Origin: an uncultured Gemmatimonadales bacterium
GTDB lineage: Bacteria > Gemmatimonadota > Gemmatimonadetes > Longimicrobiales > RSA9
Direction of reading: 5' to 3'
Assembly: GCA_963798845.1 (NCBI GenBank)
Contig: CAWCUS010000001.1
Coordinates: forward strand, 32,001 to 96,000
Length of the DNA: 64,000 nucleotides
The position numbers were made by a program, and so were the translations under genes. A model generated the notes under the pieces. The model made no database searches and was not told the DNA's origin. It saw only the letters and a list, made by a program, of their open reading frames with translations. Shown here piece by piece: positions 51,123-60,306 of this stretch. How positions within the stretch are numbered: the first letter of the stretch is position 1; every line of letters begins with the position of its first letter.

Positions 51123-53282
51123 TCACGGCGACGGGGCCGGGTCCACTCGTGACGGCGGTGTCCGCGGCAGATCGAGCGTGAACGTGCTCCCCTGCCCCAG
51201 CTCGCTATGGAGGTGCACATCGCCTCCGAGCAGCCGCGCCAGGCGCCGCGCGACAGCGAGGCCGAGTCCGGTGCCGGCGATCCGGGCGCCCACCCCGCCG
51301 TCCACCTGCCAGTACGGCTCGAACACGTTCTCCCGGTTCTCCTCGGCGATCCCGGGTCCGGTATCGCGGACGCGGCAGAACACCCGTGCTTCGTCCGCCT
51401 CGAGCGTCAGCTCCACATGCCCCTGTCGCGTGTACTTGACCGCGTTCGAGAGCAGGTTGATGAGGATCTGGCGGACCTTGGGCGGGTCCGTCCGGAGCTG
51501 AAGCGGACCGTCGGGGAGGTCGACGCGCAGCGCCAGCCCGGCCGCGTCGGCCATCGGCCGAACCAGCTCCGCCATGTCCCCCACCAGCGCCACCAGCTCC
51601 GCGTCCGCGGGGCGGAAGCGCTCCCGCCCGGCCTCCATGCTCGCGAACGTCAGGATCTCGTCCACCAGGTAGGAGAGGTGCCGGACGCTCGCTTTGACGC
51701 GGTGCAGGTGGCCCCGCTGCTTCGCGTTCAGCGTCCCGTGCACTTCCGCGGTGAGGATGTCGGTGTAGCCGAGGATCGCGCTCAGGGGCGTGCGGAACTC
51801 GTGCGACACCACGGCCAGGAAGCTCGACTTGGCCTGGTCCGCGGTACGAGCCTGCTCGTAGAGGAGCGCGTTGTCCAGCGCCAGCGCGGCGCGCCACGCC
51901 ACCTCGCCCAGGAAATCCCGCTCCGCCTCCCTGTACCGCCCGCCGCTGCGCACCAGGGTCACCGCCCCCAGGGCGCGGTCGCGCGCCAGGAGCGGAAACG
52001 TCAGCCCCGACCGCGCAGCCAACGCCGCCAGCGTCGCCCGCGACGCCCGCTCGTCCGCGGCCGCTTCCAGCGGAAGGTCGTCTCCTTCCCCGACCGTCAC
52101 CGGCGACCGCTCGCGCAGCGCGACCGAGACCGCGTGCTCCGCGGTCATGTCCACGCTGCCGCTCGTGAGCGGCGCTACCATTTCTCCGCAGGCGGGGTCC
52201 GCATGCGCCGCGGCCACCCGCTCCATCCCTCCGTTCCGCGTCACGCAGTATGCCACGCACCAGTCCGCGTAGCGGCCCACGAGCAGCTCCGTCAGCGACT
52301 GCAGGACCGACCGGGCTTCCAGGGAACCATGCAGGGTGCGCGTCGCTTCTTCGAGGAACGCGCGTCGCTCATCCTCCGCCCGCTCCTCGGTGACATCGTA
52401 GAGCGTGGCCACGGCCGCGAGCTGACGACCCTGACTGTCCCGCACAGCTGTGGAGCTCATGTGCGCGATCCCGACGCTGCCGTCGCCCCGCCGGATCGCC
52501 ACGTCCTCCCCCCGTACCGTCTCCCCCCGCGTCACCGACCTCGCCAGTGGCCATGCCGACGGCGGCAGCGGCGCCCCTCGCTCATCCAGACCGCCCCATT
52601 CCCGGTAATCGGACAGTGATGCCGCGTTCTCGACCGGGCGACGCCAGATCGCCGACACCTGCGGGTTGGACAGCACCACCCGCCCACTCGGGACGTCCGC
52701 CAGCAGCACGCCGGCCGGCATCTGATTCACCAGCGACTCCAGCACGGACCGATCTGCTTCGAGCCGCCGGAGCAGCTCCACGCGATCCGTTTCGGTCCAC
52801 TCCCTCCAGACCGCAAACGCCAGGTACAATGCCGCCGCCAATGCCAGCCGCACCGCCCTCGCACCGAACGGACGCGCTTCCTCCCGGAGCAGCAGGATCT
52901 CCCCCACGAGGCCGCCATGGTGCAGCAGCGGGATGCACGCCATCGATTGGATTCCCGCCGACACCAGCACGTCTCGTATTACCGCCGCCCTCGGATCCTC
53001 CGCCACCGCATCCACCACCACGGGCTCGGCGCCACGGGCGCCGGCCGGCCACGGCGCGAACCCCTCCAGGCCGTTCGCGCATTCGGACGACACGGCCACG
53101 GCCGCGGCAATCCGCATGAGGCCGTCTTCCAGCAGCAGGAGAACCCCGTGGCCCGCATCCGCCGCACAGCAGAGGGCGCTCAACGCCTCCCGCTGCACCA
53201 GGTCCATCGGATCGCGGCCCTGCACGCGGTCAGCAATGGACAGCAGCAGCTCGAGATCCGCCAGCTGTCTCTGATCCGCCAT
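51123..53282 (-). CDS. Cytoplasmic sensor histidine kinase (GAF-PAS-GAF-HisKA-HATPase)
   Basis: SHEFRTPL, NLLSNAVKYT, DTGPGI, GTGLGL; no TM helices. Confidence 0.9.
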   Translation of the reverse strand: MADQRQLADLELLLSIADRVQGRDPMDLVQREALSALCCAADAGHGVLLLLEDGLMRIAAAVAVSSECANGLEGFAPWPAGARGAEPVVVDAVAEDPRAAVIRDVLVSAGIQSMACIPLLHHGGLVGEILLLREEARPFGARAVRLALAAALYLAFAVWREWTETDRVELLRRLEADRSVLESLVNQMPAGVLLADVPSGRVVLSNPQVSAIWRRPVENAASLSDYREWGGLDERGAPLPPSAWPLARSVTRGETVRGEDVAIRRGDGSVGIAHMSSTAVRDSQGRQLAAVATLYDVTEERAEDERRAFLEEATRTLHGSLEARSVLQSLTELLVGRYADWCVAYCVTRNGGMERVAAAHADPACGEMVAPLTSGSVDMTAEHAVSVALRERSPVTVGEGDDLPLEAAADERASRATLAALAARSGLTFPLLARDRALGAVTLVRSGGRYREAERDFLGEVAWRAALALDNALLYEQARTADQAKSSFLAVVSHEFRTPLSAILGYTDILTAEVHGTLNAKQRGHLHRVKASVRHLSYLVDEILTFASMEAGRERFRPADAELVALVGDMAELVRPMADAAGLALRVDLPDGPLQLRTDPPKVRQILINLLSNAVKYTRQGHVELTLEADEARVFCRVRDTGPGIAEENRENVFEPYWQVDGGVGARIAGTGLGLAVARRLARLLGGDVHLHSELGQGSTFTLDLPRTPPSRVDPAPSP

Positions 53283-53593
53283 GAGATCGGAACCCTGTCA
53301 GCGCCGGACACGATCAAAGAGAGAGGAGCCGGGCAGCAGCCTCTCAATGCCGGAAGGGAATGGTAGGTGAAGACCAATATTGTATCCGCTCAGTGGGCCC
53401 GGCAATAGCGGTTCTTCTGTCTCTTGGTGGCCAAGGCGAGGCAATTCCGCTGCACCCCTGACGTCGGGGCACGGGGATTCGGGTTCCGGCCACGGGCAGT
53501 ATGTTGGGAGCATTACCATTCGACGCGCGGGCCGAGGCGTGCGCCCGTCGCCTGCGGTCCGGAGCATTCGTCCGGCATTCCACGCCCGAACCA

Positions 53594-54940
53594 ATGCCAG
53601 AATCAGCCCCAACTGGACGTAAGCGTGCAGCTCGCACCGGTGGCGCCGCTGCGTCCCGGCGGCGCCGGGCCAAGACCAGGAGGGATCTGGTTTTCGCTTT
53701 CGGTGCGCAGGGGGCCTTCAAGGTCGGTGGTTACGTCATCCTGGCGCTGCTGGCTCGCAATCTCCCCCGGGAGGCGTTCGGCCAGTTCCTGTATTTGACG
53801 GCCCTGGCGACGCTGCTGGTCCTGTTCACCGAGCTGGGCACCAGCAACCACCTCATCCGGACGACGGCACAGGATCCGCCGAGGGCTGCCTCGGCCTACG
53901 CGGACGTGGTGCTCACGCGCATCCCGCTCGTGGTTCTCATGGTGCTGGGCATGGGGGCATTCGTCCGTGTCACCCAGCCGACGCTCTTCTGGGCGGCAGT
54001 GGTGATTGCGGCGTCCGCCGGGTTGAAGGACCTGAACCGCAGCTCCACCGCCGTGCTGTACGGGCTCCGACAGGTCACTTCGGCTCAGTTCCTGTTCGGC
54101 GGGGGCCTGCTGTTCGCGGTGCTCCTGATCCTGCTCGCCGTGCACAATGGCGCCGACCTCCACGAGGTGGTGCTCGTCTATCTCGCCTGGGGGGCAGCGC
54201 TTTTCCTGGGCGGGCTCGCCGTTGTGCGCTGGCGCGTGGGCCCCTCGCCATGGCGACGGGCACGGCCCCGCTTGCGCCAGCTGATCGGGGTCTCGCTCCC
54301 GCTGTTCGCGGTGGACCTGCTGGCGCTGGTCCACTTCAAGGTCGACACAGTGATGCTCGGGCTGCTCCGGCCCATGAGCAATGTGGCGGCCTACGAGTCG
54401 GCGGCGCGGCTGCTGGAGGCCTCGCAGTTCCTCGTGCGGCCGTTGACGGTCGTCTTCTTCCCGCTCCTGGCATCCATGGTATGGGAGGGACACGATATGC
54501 GGGGAATCCGTCGCGTGATCCTGCGTCTGGTGGGGATCGTGACGCTGGTGGGGGTGGCGATGGCGGTGAGCGTCGGGATCCTCGCTTCGTGGATCGTGCC
54601 CGCCGTGTTCGGCCCCGGATTCGCGACCTCGGTGCCTCTGCTCCGGATCCTGTTCCTGAGCGTGCCCGGGCTGTATGTGGCGGTCGTGGCGATGTTCAGC
54701 GGCAACGCGCTACACGTCGAGCGCGCGACCGTGCGGATGCTGGCGTGGGCGGTGGCCCTCAACGTAGGGCTCAACCTCGCGGCCATCCCCGCGTACGGTC
54801 CCACGGGCGCGGCCTGGGCCACGGTGGTTTCGCAGGGTGCGCTGGCCATAGCGTTGGTGCTGACGGTCATGCGTCCGGCAGCGCACGGTTCCCCGCGCGC
54901 CCCCGAGCCGGCGCTGCGACGGGAGGAAGGGCTCGCCTGA
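53594..54940 (+). CDS. Polysaccharide/oligosaccharide flippase (Wzx-like)
   Basis: Multi-TM; LAR.L..E.FG, KVDTVML, LN..LN...IP.YG.TGAAWAT. Confidence 0.8.
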   Translation: MPESAPTGRKRAARTGGAAASRRRRAKTRRDLVFAFGAQGAFKVGGYVILALLARNLPREAFGQFLYLTALATLLVLFTELGTSNHLIRTTAQDPPRAASAYADVVLTRIPLVVLMVLGMGAFVRVTQPTLFWAAVVIAASAGLKDLNRSSTAVLYGLRQVTSAQFLFGGGLLFAVLLILLAVHNGADLHEVVLVYLAWGAALFLGGLAVVRWRVGPSPWRRARPRLRQLIGVSLPLFAVDLLALVHFKVDTVMLGLLRPMSNVAAYESAARLLEASQFLVRPLTVVFFPLLASMVWEGHDMRGIRRVILRLVGIVTLVGVAMAVSVGILASWIVPAVFGPGFATSVPLLRILFLSVPGLYVAVVAMFSGNALHVERATVRMLAWAVALNVGLNLAAIPAYGPTGAAWATVVSQGALAIALVLTVMRPAAHGSPRAPEPALRREEGLA

Positions 54941-54963
54941 CGCGGCCCTGTGCCTCGCAGCTG

Positions 54964-56529
54964 TCAGGTGCCGGCGGATTCCCGGCCTGCGTGGCTCTCC
55001 ACGAGCGCGGGGATGGGGCGCCCTTCGAAGGACTCGGGCTGGTGCGCTCCGAGCCAGTGAAACACGGTGGGCATGATGTCCAGGGTGTCGCGAATCTCGG
55101 GATCGGGCCCGGGGGCGATGCCGGGGCCCGCGGCCGCGTACCAGCCCCGGCGCGTGTGGTTGCCGGGGCGGCCGGACGGGAGCCGGTGCTCCTCGCCCAG
55201 CCGGATCTCGCCGAACCGGGACACCACGCCAGGTGAGCCGTACGCCCGGACATCGGACCACCGGATGATCAGGTCCGGAAGCATCCACCGCCTGGGCGCG
55301 TCGCGTCCGACGAGATCGTCCACCCGGTCCACGCCTTCCACGATCGGCTCACCCGTCTTCAGGTCACGGAAGGTGAGGAACGCCTCCGTCAGCTCGTCGA
55401 GCAGGGCCTCGTATTCCGCCCCCGGATCCACGATCCCCGCCGCGTCCCGACCCCGTACGTTGATCCGCAGATACCCGTTCAGGTCCACGGGCAGGGCGAA
55501 AAAGCGCGTGGCAGACCAGTCGAGCATCCGCCGGGACCAGAGAGGCACGAGGGCATGGTTCACGGAGCTCGGTAGCCGCCGGGTCACCTGGCGGACCACC
55601 TTCCACGGCAGCGCCTTCTTGAGACGGTAGACCAGACCCTGCCTGGGCGCCGCTGTCTGCCCGCGATCGTGCACCTGCGCCACCATCCTGGGGAAGAAGT
55701 CCGCCCAGCCGCGGTTGGGACCCATCCCGTGAAGCCCGAACGTCATGATCCGCGCTCCGGCCGGGGCGGCGGCGATCACCCTACCGAGCGCCGCATCCCA
55801 CAGCCGGTACAGCTCCCGCGGCGCCCCCTTCAGCAGCTCGAGCGTCCGCGAGTCGACCCCGGAGGTGTCCACCTCCTCCAGGTTCCAGAGGTAGTGAGTG
55901 GCGCGGTGGGCACCACCGAACACGGCGATCATGAGATCCCATTCCTCGCGGCGCAGCATGTACTCGCAGATGGCCCCGAACTGCTCCAGCGATTCGATGC
56001 CCTCGCGCCGCTGTTGCAGCAGCGTGCGGACCGTCTGTGGCCCGAAGACTTCCGGCTTCAGAGCCGGCGGACCGAAGCGCTTCGTGAGCTCGCGCCAGAG
56101 GGAATCGGGCCGGGTCGCGCGGCCGAAGTCGTCGTGCGCCTGCCAGCCGTTGAGGAACACACCGTTGATATCGATGTCCGGTGTGGCCATGAACGGGATA
56201 TCCAGCAGCGCCACGCGGGCGTCCCGCGGAAGGTCGTGGTAGAAGGCCCGATAGGGCAGCCAGTCCGGACTGGCGTACTGGAGCTGCTGGCGTTCGGGGT
56301 TCCACAGCTTGTTGAAGTACCAGCCATGGTGGCCCAGGGGCTGCCCGGTGAAGAAGGTCGGCCAGACCATGCTCAGGAACCCTTCCGGCCGGGTCCTCAC
56401 CTCGCCCCAGGCACCCCGCTCCCTGAGCGCCGCCAGATTCGGCAGCTCCCCCGCTTGCAGCATGGAATCCACGAGCGTGATCTCGGTGGCGTCCATGCCC
56501 AGGAGAATCACTGGTCCGCCTGATGTCAC
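54964..56529 (-). CDS. Alkaline phosphatase superfamily / type I phosphodiesterase-like protein
   Basis: LLGMDA, LPNLA.L, W.TF.TG..GHHG, HGMG, G.H...G; GTG start coupled to the upstream stop. Confidence 0.75.
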   Translation of the reverse strand: MTSGGPVILLGMDATEITLVDSMLQAGELPNLAALRERGAWGEVRTRPEGFLSMVWPTFFTGQPLGHHGWYFNKLWNPERQQLQYASPDWLPYRAFYHDLPRDARVALLDIPFMATPDIDINGVFLNGWQAHDDFGRATRPDSLWRELTKRFGPPALKPEVFGPQTVRTLLQQRREGIESLEQFGAICEYMLRREEWDLMIAVFGGAHRATHYLWNLEEVDTSGVDSRTLELLKGAPRELYRLWDAALGRVIAAAPAGARIMTFGLHGMGPNRGWADFFPRMVAQVHDRGQTAAPRQGLVYRLKKALPWKVVRQVTRRLPSSVNHALVPLWSRRMLDWSATRFFALPVDLNGYLRINVRGRDAAGIVDPGAEYEALLDELTEAFLTFRDLKTGEPIVEGVDRVDDLVGRDAPRRWMLPDLIIRWSDVRAYGSPGVVSRFGEIRLGEEHRLPSGRPGNHTRRGWYAAAGPGIAPGPDPEIRDTLDIMPTVFHWLGAHQPESFEGRPIPALVESHAGRESAGT

Positions 56530-57632
56530 CACTCCTCCTCTTGATCGGGGGATCGACGGTCCGGCTCGCCCGCCGGCACCGCCACCGCTCGGCCTTCCGA
56601 CCGCAGGCTCTCGCGGCACGCCTCCACGGCATGGACGGCGCGGAGCCCATCCAGCGGATCCGCGCCGCCGAGACCCGCGCTCCCATCCAGCCGCATGGCC
56701 AGGTCGCTCAGCTGCTTGACCAGGCTGCGCCGTGTGTGCGTCGGCCGACGAACCAGTCGGGCGACGACGGAGTCCGCCACCGCTCCCGCCTTCGCCACCG
56801 TGCGCCGCAACCGCGCAGGAGAGGCCCAACCCGGCAGGACCCCGCCCGCGTGAGCGAATCGCGTGCCGGTGTCCGTGCTCACGGCCACCCACTCCACGTA
56901 CTCTCTCCCGCGACCGACCCGGATGTGGGCCGGAAAGCCGCCTTCGAGCGTGGCGCTCAGCTCCAGGCTTCGCCCGTCCGGGCCTGCGATCGCCCGCACT
57001 TCACGTAGCCGCCGTCGCGCCATCCACGGCACGAGGTCCAGCGCGTGACACCCGAGGTCGTCCAGGAGATCGTCGCCGGCAGGATCCCGGCTCCAGCGCC
57101 GGGCATCACCGATCAGCGTCATCTCGATCGAGCGGGGGCGCGCGTTCGTGGAAGCGGACCGAAGGGCGAGATACGGGCCACGGTGCCGCCGATTGTAGCC
57201 CACGAGAACCGGCCGGCCGGCGCGCCGCCAGGCCGCCACCACCGCTTCGGCTCCTTCCACGTCGGGGGCCAGCGGCTTTTCCACCAGCACGGCCACTCCC
57301 CCCTCCAGGCACGCCACGGCCAGGTCTGCGTGGGACGAGGGCGGCGTGAGAACGAGGACGGCATCAATGTCACCGGCCCCGAGCATGTCCTCCAGCCCCG
57401 ACGCGATCGCCGCCCCTGGGAACAAGGCGCGCGCACGCTCGGCTCGCTCGCCCGCCGGGTCATGGATGCGCCGGACCTGCCACCGCGGGTGCCCCTGAAG
57501 CGCCGGGTGGTGGAGACGCTGGAATACGCCGCCGGCGCCGAGCACGCCCAGCCGGTACGCCCCCTCGTCGTTCGGGGCACCGACGCGAGAGGGAAGCGCG
57601 TTCCCCGGATCTGCATCCCGCCTCATGCACAC
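56526..57632 (-). CDS. Gfo/Idh/MocA family oxidoreductase
   Basis: GVLGAG, TPP..H, VEKPL, GYNRR, D..CH.LD; exact start uncertain. Confidence 0.85.
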   Translation of the reverse strand: MCMRRDADPGNALPSRVGAPNDEGAYRLGVLGAGGVFQRLHHPALQGHPRWQVRRIHDPAGERAERARALFPGAAIASGLEDMLGAGDIDAVLVLTPPSSHADLAVACLEGGVAVLVEKPLAPDVEGAEAVVAAWRRAGRPVLVGYNRRHRGPYLALRSASTNARPRSIEMTLIGDARRWSRDPAGDDLLDDLGCHALDLVPWMARRRLREVRAIAGPDGRSLELSATLEGGFPAHIRVGRGREYVEWVAVSTDTGTRFAHAGGVLPGWASPARLRRTVAKAGAVADSVVARLVRRPTHTRRSLVKQLSDLAMRLDGSAGLGGADPLDGLRAVHAVEACRESLRSEGRAVAVPAGEPDRRSPDQEEEW

Positions 57633-57789
57633 GACCTTTCAACGGATCGCACGTCAGCCCGGCTTCCTGCCGGTGACACCGCCGCAGGATTGCATCGGGC
57701 GGGGCGCCCCGGCAACGCTGGCGAGCACCGGCTGCGGATGGTAGGCCGTCGATCAGGCTGGCCTGGAAGCGACGGAGGTTGATGCACTG

Positions 57790-57821
57790 GGGGCCCGGAC
57801 GGCTGCAGCCGTCCGGGCCCC
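57790..57821. repeat. Perfect 32-bp palindrome downstream of the erpA-type gene
   Basis: GGGGCCCGGACGGCTGCAGCCGTCCGGGCCCC. Confidence 0.85.
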
Positions 57822-57841
57822 GAAAACGACAAGGGGAGCGC

Positions 57842-58171
57842 TCAGACCGTGAAGGAGCTGCCGCAGCCGCAGCCGCCCGTCGCGTTCGGGTTCTTGAAGG
57901 TGAAGCCCGCGCCCATCATGGTGGTGACGTAGTCGATCTCGACGCCATCCAGGTACTGACCGCTGAACGGATCGACGAACAGGCGGAGCCCGTTGATGTC
58001 GACCACATCGTCGTCGCCCTGGGGCTCGTCCTCAATGTTGAGTCCGTACTGGAAACCGGAGCACCCGCCCGGGAGGACGGCGACCCGCAGGCCGGCCGTG
58101 TCCGCTGCGCCCTGCTCCTCCATGAACTTCTGCACCTCCGCCACCGCGTTGGGCGTGACCGTTATGGTCAT
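57842..58171 (-). CDS. A-type Fe-S carrier (IscA/ErpA/HesB family)
   Basis: GGCSGFQY, F.NPNA..GCGCGSSF. Confidence 0.93.
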   Translation of the reverse strand: MTITVTPNAVAEVQKFMEEQGAADTAGLRVAVLPGGCSGFQYGLNIEDEPQGDDDVVDINGLRLFVDPFSGQYLDGVEIDYVTTMMGAGFTFKNPNATGGCGCGSSFTV

Positions 58172-58247
58172 GGCTCCTCCTGCTCGTTTGCCGTTCAGTG
58201 ATCCGACGCAACCGTGTACCCCATTACGGGGTGCAGGTTTCGCGCCT

Positions 58248-58276
58248 ACTCTACCCGAGACTCCCCGTGCTGTCAA
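58248..58276 (-). promoter_or_regulatory. Sigma70 promoter for the Fe-S carrier gene, lying over the end of gmhB
   Basis: Minus strand TTGACA-N17-TAGAGT. Confidence 0.65.
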
Positions 58277-58865
58277 CGCCGCCGGAGAGGCCCACGACCG
58301 CGGCGGCGGCGGCGCGGAGGTCGTCCACCACGAGCACCTCCCGCGGGGCCCCGGCCGCCTCCTCCTGGCCGTACCCGGTGCGCACCAGTACGGCGACACC
58401 GCCCCATTCTGCGGCCATGCTCACGTCGCGGAGCCGATCCCCAATGTAGACGGACCGTCCCAGGTCGAGACCGAGCTCCCGTGCGGCGAGGCGGAACAGC
58501 CCGGACGCAGGCTTGCGGCAGTCGCAAGGGCCCGTGATCTCGGGGTGATGCGGACAATGGTAGCTTCCGGTCACGTGGACTCGGTGAGCTCGGAGGCGGA
58601 GGAGCATCTCGTCCTGGACCGCGAGGTACGCGGCTTCGTCGTACAGGCCGCGGGCAATGCCGGATTGATTGCTCACCACGACCACTTTGTAGCCCGCGTC
58701 CTCGAACGCAGCCAGCCCCTCCGCGGCCCCGGGCAAAAGCTCGACACCCGCCGGGTCCGCGAGGTACTCCCGCTCCCGGATGATGGTGCCGTCCCGGTCC
58801 ACGAACACGGCTTGCCGCGCGCCGGGATGCCCGGGCTCGCGCGCCGCTGCAGCGGGCTCAGGCAT
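58251..58865 (-). CDS. gmhB: HAD IIIA phosphatase, D,D-heptose-1,7-bisphosphate phosphatase-like
   Basis: DRDGTI, SNQSGIARG, CPHHP, C.CRKP, IGD. Confidence 0.85.
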   Translation of the reverse strand: MPEPAAAAREPGHPGARQAVFVDRDGTIIREREYLADPAGVELLPGAAEGLAAFEDAGYKVVVVSNQSGIARGLYDEAAYLAVQDEMLLRLRAHRVHVTGSYHCPHHPEITGPCDCRKPASGLFRLAARELGLDLGRSVYIGDRLRDVSMAAEWGGVAVLVRTGYGQEEAAGAPREVLVVDDLRAAAAAVVGLSGGVDSTGSLG

Positions 58866-60306
58866 CGGTGCTGCCGGCGTCGGGGAGCGCGGCGCGGATG
58901 GTCGCGGCGAGGGAGACCTCGTCCTCGGAGGCGATGGTCCGCGGATCCAGCAGCACACGGCCGTCCTGCACGCGCGCGATGACGGGCGGGTCCGACGCGC
59001 GCAGCGCCCGCGCCAGCGCGTCGGCTCCGTCTGCGGCTGGCTCCACCAGCACCACCGTCGTGGGCAGCTCGATGCCCGGTAGCGCGCCGCCTCCGACCGC
59101 GGAGCGCGCGGGTCCCGTCGTCGCCTCCACGCCGAGCGAACGGAGCCGCGCGGCCATGGCCTCCGCGCGAGCCTGCATCTCGTCGGCGGCCGCGGCCAGC
59201 ATCCGGAGCACGGGGATGTTCCGGACGGGGTCGCCCCCCGGGCGATAGAGGGCGAGGGTGGCCGCGAGCGCGGCGAGGGTCAGCTTGTCGGGGCGGAGCG
59301 CGCGGGCGAGCGGGTTCGCGCGCATGCGGGCAATGACGTCGTCGCTGCCGAGGAGAATCCCGGCCTGGGGCCCGCCCAGGAGCTTGTCCCCGCTCATCGT
59401 GACGACGTCGACGCCCTCGGCCACGGCTTCGGCGCCCGTGGTCTCGTGCGGGAGCCCGAGCGTCGCCAGGTCCAGCAGCGCGCCGGAGCCGAGGTCGTGG
59501 ACCACGGGCACGCCGCGCGCTCGGGCCAGCCTCACCAGCTCCGCAGCCGCGACCTCCGTCGTGAAGCCTTCCACCCGGAAGTTGGAGCGGTGTACCTTGA
59601 GCACGACGCCGGTTTCCGGCCCCAGCGCCGCCTCGTAGTCGCGCAGGTGGGTCCGGTTGGTCGTCCCGACCTCGCGCATCCGCACCCCGCTCCGCTCCAT
59701 GATCTCGGGGACCCGGAAGGACCCCCCGATCTCCACGAGCTCGCCCCGGCTGATCACCCCCTCACGGCCGCGCGCGAGCGTCTCGAGCGCCAGGAACAGC
59801 GCGGCCGCATTGTTGTTCACAACGAGCGCCGATTCCGCGCCGGTGAGCTCCCTGAGCAGCCCGGTGCAGTGGCCGTTTCTGGTCCCGCGACGCCCCTCCT
59901 CCAGGTCGTACTCCAGCGTGCCGTACCCGGCCGCCTGCACCATCGCCTGGATCGCCGCGGCTGCCAGAGGCGCGCGCCCGAGATTCGTGTGCAGCACCAC
60001 GCCCGTGGCGTTGATCACGCGCCGGAGAGAGGGCGAGTCTGCCCGCTTCAGCTTCGCCGCGACGGACGTGGCGAACCACGTGGCGTCGGCCACCTGGCCT
60101 CCCCCGAGGACGGCCTCGCCTGGGTCGGCGCCAAGCCCGGAAGCCTCAGCCCGACCGAGCCGCTCCCGCAACTCCGCCTGCACCTCCCGCAGCGCGCTCC
60201 CCGTCCGTTCCCGCCCCCAGCGCGCCACCACCGGAGCCAGGGTGGGGTCTTCCAGCAGCGACTCCACCGAAGGAATGCGCCGCCTCGGATCCGTCACCGC
60301 AGCCAT
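58858..60306 (-). CDS. selA: L-seryl-tRNA(Sec) selenium transferase
   Basis: VINATGVVLHTNLGRAPL, VNNNAAA, SRGELVEIGGSFR, EVGTTNRT, SGDKLLGGPQAG. Confidence 0.94.
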   Translation of the reverse strand: MAAVTDPRRRIPSVESLLEDPTLAPVVARWGRERTGSALREVQAELRERLGRAEASGLGADPGEAVLGGGQVADATWFATSVAAKLKRADSPSLRRVINATGVVLHTNLGRAPLAAAAIQAMVQAAGYGTLEYDLEEGRRGTRNGHCTGLLRELTGAESALVVNNNAAALFLALETLARGREGVISRGELVEIGGSFRVPEIMERSGVRMREVGTTNRTHLRDYEAALGPETGVVLKVHRSNFRVEGFTTEVAAAELVRLARARGVPVVHDLGSGALLDLATLGLPHETTGAEAVAEGVDVVTMSGDKLLGGPQAGILLGSDDVIARMRANPLARALRPDKLTLAALAATLALYRPGGDPVRNIPVLRMLAAAADEMQARAEAMAARLRSLGVEATTGPARSAVGGGALPGIELPTTVVLVEPAADGADALARALRASDPPVIARVQDGRVLLDPRTIASEDEVSLAATIRAALPDAGSTDA

